Assembly: GCA_044869275.1 (NCBI GenBank)
Contig: JBIOXB010000197.1
Coordinates: forward strand, 22,806 to 86,805
Length of the DNA stretch: 64,000 nt
Source of the DNA: a bacterium
Lineage (GTDB): Bacteria; Zhuqueibacterota; Zhuqueibacteria; Zhuqueibacterales; Zhuqueibacteraceae
Direction of reading: 5' to 3'
Shown: positions 19,260-31,091 of the stretch, piece after piece
Layout: each line of letters begins with the position of its first letter
How positions within the stretch are numbered: the first letter of the stretch is position 1
Program-made: the position numbers and the translations under genes
Notes under the pieces: model-generated
Seen by the model: the letters and a program-made list of their open reading frames with translations, nothing else
The model's database searches: none
What the model was told of the DNA's origin: nothing

Positions 19260-21116
19260 ATGTCCTATCAATGGCGTCGTTCTCTTCAAGTTGCAAGCAG
19301 CTTTTCACTCCTCCAATTGCTGCTGCTCGTCACCAGCAGCGCGAGCAACGGCCAGACTGAGAAACCGGTGCTTCATGGCCGGCATTGGATGGCCATCACC
19401 GGCAAACCCCTCGGCGCAACGGCCGGCGCCAAAATCTTCGAGGCCGGCGGCAATGCCGTCGATGCGACTTGCGCCATGCTCGGCGCGGTCTGCACCATGT
19501 GGGATGTCTTGAGCTGGGGCGGAGAAACGCAGGCCCTCATTTATGATCCCAAGACCAAGAAAGTCTACGGCATTAATGCCCTCGGCGTGGCCCCGACAGG
19601 CGCGACGCCGGATTTCTTCAAAAACAAAAGGCTGAAACATCCGCCCGCTTACGGCCCGTTGGCGGCGGTGACACCAGGAACTCCGGGCGGCTTGATGGTG
19701 ATGCTCGCCGAGTTTGGAACGATGAGCCTCAAGCAGGTGCTGGCGCCGGCGATGCAAATGGCAGAGGGTTACCCGATTGAGGCCGGAACCGCAAACAGCA
19801 TCGAGCGAGAAAAAGAAAAAATCAAACAATGGCCGTATTCCAAAAAAGTTCTCCTACCGCATCTCGGCGCGAAACGTGAAGCGCCGCAGCCGGGCGAGAT
19901 TTTCCGCCAGCAAGATTTATTCATCACCCTGCAGAAATTGGTTGAAGCCGAACAGCAAGCGCTGGCCGCGGGAAAGGATCGCAAGCAAGCGATCTATGCT
20001 GCGTATGATCGTTTTTATAAAGGAGATCTTGCCCAAGAATTCGTTCGCGGCGCGCGCGAGCAAGGCGGGCTAATGACCACGGAGGATTTGGCGAATTGGA
20101 AGGTGCATATCGAAGAGCCGGTGATGACCATTTACAAAGGCCTCGAGGTTTACAAGCTCACCTGCTGGGTGCAAGGTCCGGTCATGCTGCAAGCGCTCAA
20201 CATGTTGGAGCCGCTCGATCTAAAAGCCATGGGCTTCAACAGCGCGAAGTACATCCACACGCTTTATCAAGTAATGAACCTCGCCTTTGCCGATCGCGAT
20301 TTCTACTACGGTGATCCCTATTATCCACCGCAGGAACCGATCAAAGGCTTGCTCTCCAAAGCGTATGCGCAGGAACGGCTGAAACTGATCAACTGGGAAA
20401 AGAACGATCCGGAGACAAAACCCGGCGATCCGTATCCTTTCGAAGGAAAGCAAAATCCTTTTCAAGAGCTTTTGCAGAAATGGACGAACGTTGACACCAC
20501 GAAAACCGCCGCGCTGAATGATGAGAACTCTCTCGCCGGCACCACTTCGATTCAAGCCGCGGACAAGGAAGGCTGGCTGGTTTCCGTCACGCCAAGCGGC
20601 GGCTGGATTCCAGCTTGCATCGCCGGCAATACCGGCATGGGTATGAGCCAGCGCATGCAGAGCTTTGTTCTGTATGAGCGCGAGAATCCGTTCAACGTGG
20701 TTGCGCCCGGCAAAAGGCCGCGCGCCACTTTGACGCCGACTCTAGCCCTTAAAGAGGGCAAACCGCTGTTGGCCTTCTCGGTACAGGGCAGCGATACGCA
20801 GGATCAAAACCTGCTGCAGTTCTTTCTGAACGTTGTGGAGTTCGGCATGAACGTGCAAGAAGCCTGCGAAGCGCCCAATATCGTGAGTTATCAAATGCGG
20901 AGCTCCTTTGACGAGCACGACGCCAAACCAGGTAATCTCACACTCAATGAAGCCGTTCCTCCCTGGGTGCGCGCCGAGCTGGCCAGAATGGGATACAAGC
21001 TGGCGTATAGAAAAAAGACTTCCGGACCCATTACGGCGATCTATTCGGATTGGCAACAGGGCACGCTCTGGGGCGGGGCGAGCAATTATGAGGATGATTA
21101 TGGGATTGCCTGGTAG
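19260..21116 (+). CDS. ggt: Gamma-glutamyltransferase family protein (exported)
   Basis: Signal peptide, GGNAVDA, AFADRD.YYGDP, catalytic Thr in GTTSIQAAD, PGKRPRATLTP. Confidence 0.9.
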   Translation: MSYQWRRSLQVASSFSLLQLLLLVTSSASNGQTEKPVLHGRHWMAITGKPLGATAGAKIFEAGGNAVDATCAMLGAVCTMWDVLSWGGETQALIYDPKTKKVYGINALGVAPTGATPDFFKNKRLKHPPAYGPLAAVTPGTPGGLMVMLAEFGTMSLKQVLAPAMQMAEGYPIEAGTANSIEREKEKIKQWPYSKKVLLPHLGAKREAPQPGEIFRQQDLFITLQKLVEAEQQALAAGKDRKQAIYAAYDRFYKGDLAQEFVRGAREQGGLMTTEDLANWKVHIEEPVMTIYKGLEVYKLTCWVQGPVMLQALNMLEPLDLKAMGFNSAKYIHTLYQVMNLAFADRDFYYGDPYYPPQEPIKGLLSKAYAQERLKLINWEKNDPETKPGDPYPFEGKQNPFQELLQKWTNVDTTKTAALNDENSLAGTTSIQAADKEGWLVSVTPSGGWIPACIAGNTGMGMSQRMQSFVLYERENPFNVVAPGKRPRATLTPTLALKEGKPLLAFSVQGSDTQDQNLLQFFLNVVEFGMNVQEACEAPNIVSYQMRSSFDEHDAKPGNLTLNEAVPPWVRAELARMGYKLAYRKKTSGPITAIYSDWQQGTLWGGASNYEDDYGIAW

Positions 21117-21349
21117 AACGGAACACGCCCAATGCCCACAAATGAGGCAAGGGATCATCGCAGCGCTGCCATTCTTTCCTGCAATGGGCGCATTTCAAAA
21201 ATTCCGGTGGTTTTTTCTTTGCAAAATCGAGAACGGAGGCGGCGAACTTCGTACAGTTGGGAATTTTCCGCCCATGGGCGCATATTCTCGGAACCTGCCA
21301 AATCGTGTATGCTCAACAGTTTAGCACACCGGTCCGGCTTTATGTGACA

Positions 21350-21365
21350 TGGCATCGGCTTTGCT
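21350..21365 (+). promoter_or_regulatory. Putative sigma-54 (-24/-12) promoter
   Basis: TGGCATCGGCTTTGCT matches TGGCAC-N5-TTGCW with exact spacing. Confidence 0.6.
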
Positions 21366-21486
21366 TTTATCTAAATTGCTGCCAGCTCACGCAAAGCTGA
21401 AGAGTGAGATGGTAAAGCAATCGGCGGGGTGATAATATGTTGCCAGAGACCGGATTTCTCATCCGCAATTCAATGGTGCAAACCAT

Positions 21487-21527
21487 AAGGCCTGAGTACA
21501 ACCTGATAAGCGTGCTCAGGCCTTTTT
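21487..21527 (+). terminator. Terminator-like hairpin upstream of CBS gene copy 2
   Basis: AAGGCCTGAGTAC-loop-GTGCTCAGGCCTT-TTT. Confidence 0.6.
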
Positions 21528-21564
21528 CATTTCATTCCACTTATTCCACGCCAGGAGGTTGATA

Positions 21565-22005
21565 ATGAAGCTCATGAGAATTGCGCGCGTACCGCCGATC
21601 GTGGTGAAGCCATACGATCGTGCACAGCTTGCGGTTGAGAGAATGTGCGAGGCCGGCGTGGGCGCCGTCGTCGTGGTGGATGAAGAGCAGCGGCCGGTGG
21701 GTATTTTCACCGAACGCGATCTCATGCGCCGCTTGGTGCGTCCCCGTCTGGATCCCCACGAAATTCTGGTGTCCGAAGTGATGACCCGCGATCCGCTGGT
21801 GGCGCCACAGGAGATGGAAGCGAGCGAGGCTTTCGAATTCATGACCGACAAGCATTTTCGCCATCTGCCCATCACCGATCATTTCGGCAGATTGCAGGGC
21901 ATGCTGTCGGTGCGCCACCTCATGCGCCACGTGGTTGAGCATCTCTCGCACGAGCTGGAGGGCATGAATGCCTATTTGAGCGTCGATGGGCCGGGAGGGG
22001 ATTAG
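21565..22005 (+). CDS. CBS-domain pair protein (copy 2)
   Basis: Close paralogue of 18372-18812; shares GIFTERDLMRR and HLSHELEGMNAY..DGPGG. Confidence 0.92.
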   Translation: MKLMRIARVPPIVVKPYDRAQLAVERMCEAGVGAVVVVDEEQRPVGIFTERDLMRRLVRPRLDPHEILVSEVMTRDPLVAPQEMEASEAFEFMTDKHFRHLPITDHFGRLQGMLSVRHLMRHVVEHLSHELEGMNAYLSVDGPGGD

Positions 22006-22053
22006 CTGGGCGGTTCTCTATCCTTGGAACAATCAATCAAGAAGGAGTTTGGT

Positions 22054-22533
22054 ATGCGAACACTTCAATCCATTAAAGCAAATCTCGACGCGCAAAGAAT
22101 CCCATACGAGATCATTCATCATCGCCGGGATTACACCGCGCCGGAAACCGCCGCGCATACGCACACGCCGGGCAAGTTTTTTGCGAAAACAGTCATCATG
22201 GAAGTGGATCGCAAACTCTGCATGTTCGTCATGCCGGCGAGCGATCATATCGATCTGGAGAAAGTGCGGCGGGCGTTGCACGCCAAAGAAGTCCATCTCG
22301 CCAGCGAAAGCGAAGTGGCGCGCGCCTGCCCCGATTGCGAAACCGGCGCCATGCCGCCGTTCGGACAGTATTACCAACTGCCCGTTTACGTGAGCCACAG
22401 GCTGATCGAAGATCACATGATCACCTTCAATGCGGGCACGCATGAAGAAGTGATACGCATGGTGTATCAGGATTACGCCAAGCTCGCGCGTCCGGTCGTG
22501 ATGAACTTCACCATAACGGCGAGCAAAACGTGA
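22054..22533 (+). CDS. YbaK/EbsC (aminoacyl-tRNA deacylase-like) family protein
   Basis: YTA.ETA, AKTVI, LASESE...CPDCETGAMPPFG, FNAGTH. Confidence 0.9.
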   Translation: MRTLQSIKANLDAQRIPYEIIHHRRDYTAPETAAHTHTPGKFFAKTVIMEVDRKLCMFVMPASDHIDLEKVRRALHAKEVHLASESEVARACPDCETGAMPPFGQYYQLPVYVSHRLIEDHMITFNAGTHEEVIRMVYQDYAKLARPVVMNFTITASKT

Positions 22534-22648
22534 TTTAAGGTAGTTGCACGCACAACGGGGATCGTCTGGAAACCACTACCTGTGAGGAAATTATGAATGT
22601 TGGAGAGATGAATTGCCCGTGGTTAACGCAAGAATGGAGGGATCTATT

Positions 22649-23062
22649 ATGCATGCAAGATCTCACAGAATCAGTGAAGAGGGCACCGCCTCCGTCATCA
22701 GCAGCATCCCCGCCGCGTTGAAAGCGGCCGTGCCGGGATCCGGCCTGCTGGTGAGCTATTATCTGATTGCTTTTCACATGATGATGATGTTCTATCTCAC
22801 GCTCATCGCCGTGGCCATCTTTGTGGGAAAGGAGGGCAAGAGCCCGAGTTTGATGGCATTTATCATACTCTGGCACCTCCTGGCAATTCCGGTGTGGCTG
22901 CTGCGAATGGCGACGCTTAAAATCTGCCGCACGCCCATCGGAATGCTGGTGTGCTTCGCGCTTTTGGTTGCCCTGGCCGTCGGTCTGCAGCAGCAACTGG
23001 CGGTGGCGCTTTCAAACCTCATGCTTTGGATGAGCACGGCCCTGGCAGAGTTGATGTCGTAG
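22649..23062 (+). CDS. Hypothetical membrane protein
   Basis: GGAGG RBS; 3-4 hydrophobic helices. Confidence 0.55.
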   Translation: MHARSHRISEEGTASVISSIPAALKAAVPGSGLLVSYYLIAFHMMMMFYLTLIAVAIFVGKEGKSPSLMAFIILWHLLAIPVWLLRMATLKICRTPIGMLVCFALLVALAVGLQQQLAVALSNLMLWMSTALAELMS

Positions 23063-23230
23063 CGGTAATGCGCAGGCGCTTTATGGATTGATGCAACGAG
23101 CGGTGGTCGGCAATTTATTTGACGCCCTCGTGGCGCGCGTTCTGCATTTGCTCTTCTTCTTCCTGGTCAAAACTGGCATTGAACGCGCGGGTCTACTTTT
23201 TTTCCAACCGGCTTACAGTTCTTGGGGCTC

Positions 23231-26245
<3,015 letters not shown>

Positions 26246-26275
26246 GGCATTGCAATGGTAAAGTTGGTTCTATGA

Positions 26276-26372
26276 CACTCTTACTCCTACTCCGGCTCTT
26301 CCTCCTCAGCGCTTTTCAAATCTTAGGAGCGAATAGGAGTGAGCGCAGGAGCACGAGTAAGAGTAGGCGCAG
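26276..26372. repeat. 6-mer repeat hairpin upstream of uvrA
   Basis: (CTCTTA/CTCCTA)n ... (TAGGAG/TAAGAG)n; same unit class as 9553-9666. Confidence 0.75.
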
Positions 26373-26519
26373 AAGGATGGGTAATACCCGTAAAAGTTCT
26401 ACTGGTTTAAAACCGGCGGGAAATATAAGAAGAAAATTTCGGAAAGCAAACGAGGGATTTTGCCAAGCAACAGATTATTCCGTGCGCGCTGCGCCGGCCG
26501 TGTTTGGCGCAACATGCCA

Positions 26520-26547
26520 TAGAGACGTCCCGCCGGGACGTCTCTAC
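26520..26547 (-). repeat. GTAG-type REP-like palindrome
   Basis: Minus strand reads GTAGAGACGTCCC-GGC-GGGACGTCTCTA. Confidence 0.7.
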
Positions 26548-26599
26548 GCCGGCCGTCGCGCAGGTCGTTTTGGCCATTGGCCATGATTTACCTCGTGCC

Positions 26600-26968
26600 T
26601 CAATGCGCGGTTACCGGCCTGGCTTCTTTGCCGTATTTCTGCGTGGTGTAGCCGAGGAGCAATCCCACGATCGTCCCGGGGATCATGATTTCCAGCCAGT
26701 AATGCTTGCCCGTGGCAGGATCTGGCATGACCGCCACTAAAAAGGCGAGCAGCAGGCCAATGGCGCCGCCAAAGATAATGCCTTTTTGCAGCGAATTCAC
26801 TTTACGCGCGAAGAAGCCGATGATCACACCCGCGATCAATCCCTTGAGCGAAGACCACATCACGATCGAGCCGATTTGCGGCGCTGCTTCCGGCGTGAAC
26901 AATGCGGTGAGGCCGTCAAACGCGCCCAGCACCGTGCCCAAAATCAAACCAAGCAAAGGTTTGGACAT
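26600..26968 (-). CDS. Hypothetical 4-TM membrane protein
   Basis: AGGAGG RBS; four Gly-rich hydrophobic helices. Confidence 0.75.
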   Translation of the reverse strand: MSKPLLGLILGTVLGAFDGLTALFTPEAAPQIGSIVMWSSLKGLIAGVIIGFFARKVNSLQKGIIFGGAIGLLLAFLVAVMPDPATGKHYWLEIMIPGTIVGLLLGYTTQKYGKEARPVTAH

Positions 26969-27065
26969 TTTTCCTCCTTATCGGTGGTTAGCATTGGTGA
27001 ATAGAATTGTCTCTTGATCGAAGAGGTTCTCTTCCTCCATTCATTAAACGTTTTCCACGGTTTCT

Positions 27066-28172
27066 TTAACGGTGCAGCAAGAAAATCAGCAGCAGGCGAG
27101 CCAGCACGTACGCGCAAATCAAGAGCAAGATGAAACGATACTGTTTAATATTGCGCCAGAGTTTTTCAAACCAGTTTTCCTGATAAGAGGAAACCGCGAG
27201 GCCGTCGAGAAAACGCCCGATGTCGAAGGCCAGTTCTCGCACGCCGGCATAACGTTGCGCTTTTTCTTCCGCCATGGACTGGGCGGCAATGGCATGCAAG
27301 TATTTCGGGATTTTGGATCGCAATGAAGAGGCTTGAATGAAAGCTCTGGAAAGGCGAGGCATACGAGAAGCGCCAGCCGCCGCACGTGTGCCGGCTTCAC
27401 TCTGAAGCAGGAATTTGAGAATTGCACCCAGCGCATAGACATCCGTGCGCTGGTCGATCTGATCGATCTCGCCCCGCCGTTGCTCGGGCGCCATATACGC
27501 CGGCGTGCCCATGACCGTGCCGTGCCGGGTTTGATGCTGAGGGCCGGAGATGTGCGGGGCGCGGGTCGAGGATCGAGGATCGATGATCGAAGTTTGAGGG
27601 TCGGTCCCCGATCCTCGATCCTCGATTCTCGGTTTTTCAAGCACACTATCGGCAGGCAAAATCTTCGCCAGTCCCCAATCCATCACCAGCACCTCGCCGA
27701 ACGCGCCGACCATGATGTTTTCGGGCTTGAGATCGCGATGAACGACGCCATTGGCATGGGCAAATGCAACCGCCTCGCAGATTTTTTGGAACACGCGCAG
27801 ACGATCGGGCAGCTCACGAGGCGCACCGGCATATTGATCCAGGCGCTGGCCGTGCACGAATTTCATTACGTAATACACGCGGCCGTCCGGCAGCTCGCCG
27901 GCGTCGTGCACCGGCACAATGCCGGGATGCTCGAGCCGTGCAATGACGCGTGCCTCGCGCAACACGCGCACCGCCTGCTCGCCCGTGGCATCAGCGAGAT
28001 GCATCACTTTCAGCGCCACCGGGCGCTGGAGCTGCACGTCTTCCGCAAGATAAATCGTGCCCATGCCGCCGCGGGAGAGTTTCTCCAGCAAACGATACTT
28101 CGTTCCGCTCAGGTCGGGCGCTTCCGCCGCGACGCGCAGGCGATGCAAAACTTTATCCGAAAGCCAATGCAC
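27066..28172 (-). CDS. Hanks-type Ser/Thr protein kinase with C-terminal TM anchor
   Basis: GGMG.IY, VALK, HRDLKPEN, DWGLAK, GTPAYMAPEQ, DVYALG. GTG start at 28172 is inferred. Confidence 0.93.
   Translation of the reverse strand: MHWLSDKVLHRLRVAAEAPDLSGTKYRLLEKLSRGGMGTIYLAEDVQLQRPVALKVMHLADATGEQAVRVLREARVIARLEHPGIVPVHDAGELPDGRVYYVMKFVHGQRLDQYAGAPRELPDRLRVFQKICEAVAFAHANGVVHRDLKPENIMVGAFGEVLVMDWGLAKILPADSVLEKPRIEDRGSGTDPQTSIIDPRSSTRAPHISGPQHQTRHGTVMGTPAYMAPEQRRGEIDQIDQRTDVYALGAILKFLLQSEAGTRAAAGASRMPRLSRAFIQASSLRSKIPKYLHAIAAQSMAEEKAQRYAGVRELAFDIGRFLDGLAVSSYQENWFEKLWRNIKQYRFILLLICAYVLARLLLIFLLHR
27565..27633. repeat. 7-mer (ATCGAGG) repeat hairpin inside the kinase CDS
   Basis: gtcgagg atcgagg atcgatg atcgaag ... 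cctcgat cctcgat tctcggt. Confidence 0.8.
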
Positions 28173-28304
28173 AGGTGATCGTTCTTGCTTCTCGAGGCTG
28201 GAATGTGGAAATGCCAAAGGATTGCCGGCAACAAAAAGAGAAAAAATCCCGCCAATCGCAATCAAATTCTCAATGGCTTTTTAGCAAGGCCCATTGCCTG
28301 CAGA

Positions 28305-29657
28305 TTACGGGTGGTGCAAGCTGATGGTCACGGCTTGCGAATCAGGAATGTCGTCATTCCAGCCCGCATTCGATCCCACGGCCGCGATCACGTCGAAATC
28401 TCCATCTTCGTCCAAATCCTTGCTTTTGAGACCCAGCAGTATAACTCTGTTTTCGGCCTGCGCGCAAAAGGCGAGATTGTTTCGAAATAGATTGGTGAAA
28501 CGGCCAAGTTGCACACCGCGGGCGTCCGCGATTCCGGCGGTACCGCGAAACGCGCCGCCCGTGGTTTTGATCACCCAAACCGTGGCCAGCATGTCATATT
28601 TAAAAGCGCGATTGCGGCCCCACCAATGCGCACCATTGCGTTGGTCGCGATCGGTATCCACCACCAAATTGATGCCGAAGGCATTGGCATTCGGCAGGCG
28701 CGCCAGATCCAGTTTGAACCACAGCGTGTCGGCGGGCTCGTCATAAAAATATGCTAACGCTTTGGCCTCCGCCCAAGCGGGGTTCCGGCCGTCGCCTTCG
28801 GCATCGCTCGCCAGAAAGGTCCAAGCCACGTCATGGAAAGCGCGGATTCCAGGCGGCGTTAACAATTGCGTCATCGGCAGCATCGCGCTTTTCACGTATT
28901 CAAAATTAGGCTGAAGAACCAGCGCGGCTCGAAAAGCGCCTTCTGCTTCCTCGGCTTTCTCCATACCTAAATAGGCCTGGCCAAGAAACATGCATGCCGT
29001 TGCCTGCCACCATTTTTTGTAGGCAGGATCCGGTTGTTGCCATTGCGCGCAGCGTTCCACCGCCAGTTGAAAGCGCGCCAGGCCTTGCTGCTGGTCTCCG
29101 CCGAGCTGCGGCGGTTTGTAAAAAAGATCGATCGCCTCTTCGAGCGTCACCAGAGGATGCTCCGGAGCAAGCGACCGGGCTTTCTGCAATGCGGCCTGGC
29201 TTTCCGGCCAAACGGTTTTGCCAGTGCCCGGATCCAGGGTGAAGCGCCAGTATTGGCAGCGGCGCGCGACGGCATATGCGTCGATCAAATTTTCCTTTTT
29301 CGTCGTCGCGTATTTGAGCTGCGCCAGCGCGTCCGCGATCATTGCTTTTGTCCCCTCGGCATTGTTGAAAGTCACAAACGCCATTTGCCAATGGGCGAAC
29401 GCAATCAGATAATGCGCCCGCGCGGCGAGGGAATCATTATTGGCGATGCTTTCATTTTCCAAACTTCCTGCCAGGCGTTGTCGCACTTGCACGAGGCCTG
29501 CGCTGTCTGCCTTCATACTGGCTTCCAAAAGCTGCGCCTGGGCCTGCGCCAATTCATGCTCGGCTTGCCGGGTCCGGCAGGAAGTGAGTGCAAGCGCCGA
29601 ACTGAAAAGAATTCCCCAACAAACATTGCATCGCCTCATTGCTTCGCTCCATGTCAT
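28305..29657 (-). CDS. TPR-containing putative lipoprotein
   Basis: Lipobox-like LTSC; TPR-like helices (LGQAY......EAE.AF..AL...PNF); beta-rich C-terminal domain. Confidence 0.7.
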   Translation of the reverse strand: MTWSEAMRRCNVCWGILFSSALALTSCRTRQAEHELAQAQAQLLEASMKADSAGLVQVRQRLAGSLENESIANNDSLAARAHYLIAFAHWQMAFVTFNNAEGTKAMIADALAQLKYATTKKENLIDAYAVARRCQYWRFTLDPGTGKTVWPESQAALQKARSLAPEHPLVTLEEAIDLFYKPPQLGGDQQQGLARFQLAVERCAQWQQPDPAYKKWWQATACMFLGQAYLGMEKAEEAEGAFRAALVLQPNFEYVKSAMLPMTQLLTPPGIRAFHDVAWTFLASDAEGDGRNPAWAEAKALAYFYDEPADTLWFKLDLARLPNANAFGINLVVDTDRDQRNGAHWWGRNRAFKYDMLATVWVIKTTGGAFRGTAGIADARGVQLGRFTNLFRNNLAFCAQAENRVILLGLKSKDLDEDGDFDVIAAVGSNAGWNDDIPDSQAVTISLHHP

Positions 29658-29827
29658 TCAGTTCGCAATAAAACTTTGAGTGAATTCAATGGTATTGCCG
29701 TCCGGGTCGCGCACGGCAACGGATCTTCCTTCCTCCCCGGCCAAAACCTCACCCACCGGCGTTCCTCTTCCGGCGTACGCGTCGTTGCCAGGATGAGGCG
29801 GACCAGTGAGAATTGCAATGCTTTCAT
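29658..29827 (-). pseudogene. VOC/glyoxalase gene remnant
   Basis: The frame ending at TGA 29658 reads GRSVAVRDPDGNTIEFTQSFIAN*. The ATG at 29827 is out of frame. Confidence 0.6.
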
Positions 29828-29906
29828 GGCTGCGGCTTTGCGAGCTTTCTCGAGAGAATATAAAGAAAAACGGCAGGAAAATCGTCCGCGCCGGGAAGGC
29901 CGGACG

Positions 29907-31091
29907 TCAAACCTTATCGGCTTTGACGTGCCGTTCGCGGAATTGGGAGGGCGTCATGCCGGTGAATTTTTTGAACGCGGTATTGAAGGAGGCTTTGTTG
30001 TTGAAGCCGACTTCGAGCGCCAGGCTCAAGATGGTGTAGGGTTGTTTGGCGGGATCGGCCAGCAGTTTTTTGGCTTCTTCGACGCGGTATTGATTGATGA
30101 AATCGAAAAAATTCTGCCCGCGCTTTTCATTGATGATTTGGGAAAGATGATGCGGTGCAATATCGAGCCGGTGCGCGAGTTCTTGCAGCTTGAGCGCACT
30201 ATTGGCATACAGCCTTTCGCTCGCCATGGCGTGCAGAAGCTTGGACAAGTACGCCTCGGCGCGGGCAGGCGTGAGCGCGGATTTTTCGTACTTCGGCGCA
30301 TGCTTGCGAGACAGTGCGCCGGAAAAAATCTCGGGCTGGCGCAGCGCCACGTAGCTGATGCCGTAAATCAACGCCGCCATGGACAGCAAGACCAGCGCAT
30401 CGATCGCGCGGCTGTACGGCAAGCCCAGTTGCAACGCGGCCGAATACAACAGCGTCAAGAGCACGCACACGCCGAAGCCGAGCGTCAAGCGGCGCAACCA
30501 GCGCACACTTATTTTTTCGAGCGCAGGAAGACCTGCTTTGAGACTTTGCTCATCAGCTTGCAGCAAACGCAGGGTGAGCCCGGCGTAAAACAGCATGTGA
30601 AAAACCTGCAGCAAGAAAAGCACAAAATACCGCCACTCCATCTCGGGATTCTCGACGGCAATGTACTTTTCCAGAATGCCGAGTTTGGTTTCCCGCGGCA
30701 GGCGATAAAAAGGTATGAGCCAGGCGAGATAGAGGAGAAATGGCACAAAGTGCCAAGCCCCAGTCTTTCGAAGTTCGACGTTTTCCGCAAGGAGCAGTCT
30801 GGCGTAAAAATAAAGCAGCGGGCCGAACAAAAAAGAGAAGGAGGCCGTGCTCAGCCAAAAATGCGGGAAGTCGTGGAGATACTTGCTCCAGTATCCCACG
30901 GTTTCCATCAGCCGCAGCGCAAACACAAAAATCAGCGCCGCCAGCACACGGTTGGCGCGGCAATTTCCGCGACGATGCGTCGACAGCACGGTCGCGAGAA
31001 ACAGTCCTTGCGCTGCGGCAAAAAGCAGCAGCACGGCCCAGGTGTTCAGAGAAGGCTGCATAAAAACTGGCGAGGCAACAGGCGGCCTCAT
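29907..31091 (-). CDS. Membrane-bound AraC family transcriptional regulator
   Basis: Multi-TM N-terminus; HHLSQIIN, NFFDFINQYRVEEAK, VGFNNKASFNTAFKK.TGMTPSQFR. Confidence 0.92.
   Translation of the reverse strand: MRPPVASPVFMQPSLNTWAVLLLFAAAQGLFLATVLSTHRRGNCRANRVLAALIFVFALRLMETVGYWSKYLHDFPHFWLSTASFSFLFGPLLYFYARLLLAENVELRKTGAWHFVPFLLYLAWLIPFYRLPRETKLGILEKYIAVENPEMEWRYFVLFLLQVFHMLFYAGLTLRLLQADEQSLKAGLPALEKISVRWLRRLTLGFGVCVLLTLLYSAALQLGLPYSRAIDALVLLSMAALIYGISYVALRQPEIFSGALSRKHAPKYEKSALTPARAEAYLSKLLHAMASERLYANSALKLQELAHRLDIAPHHLSQIINEKRGQNFFDFINQYRVEEAKKLLADPAKQPYTILSLALEVGFNNKASFNTAFKKFTGMTPSQFRERHVKADKV

Noticed and set aside
21440..21530. Fluoride or other known riboswitch before CBS copy 2
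   Set aside because: The consensus cores I know are not matched; reported instead as an unknown conserved hairpin.
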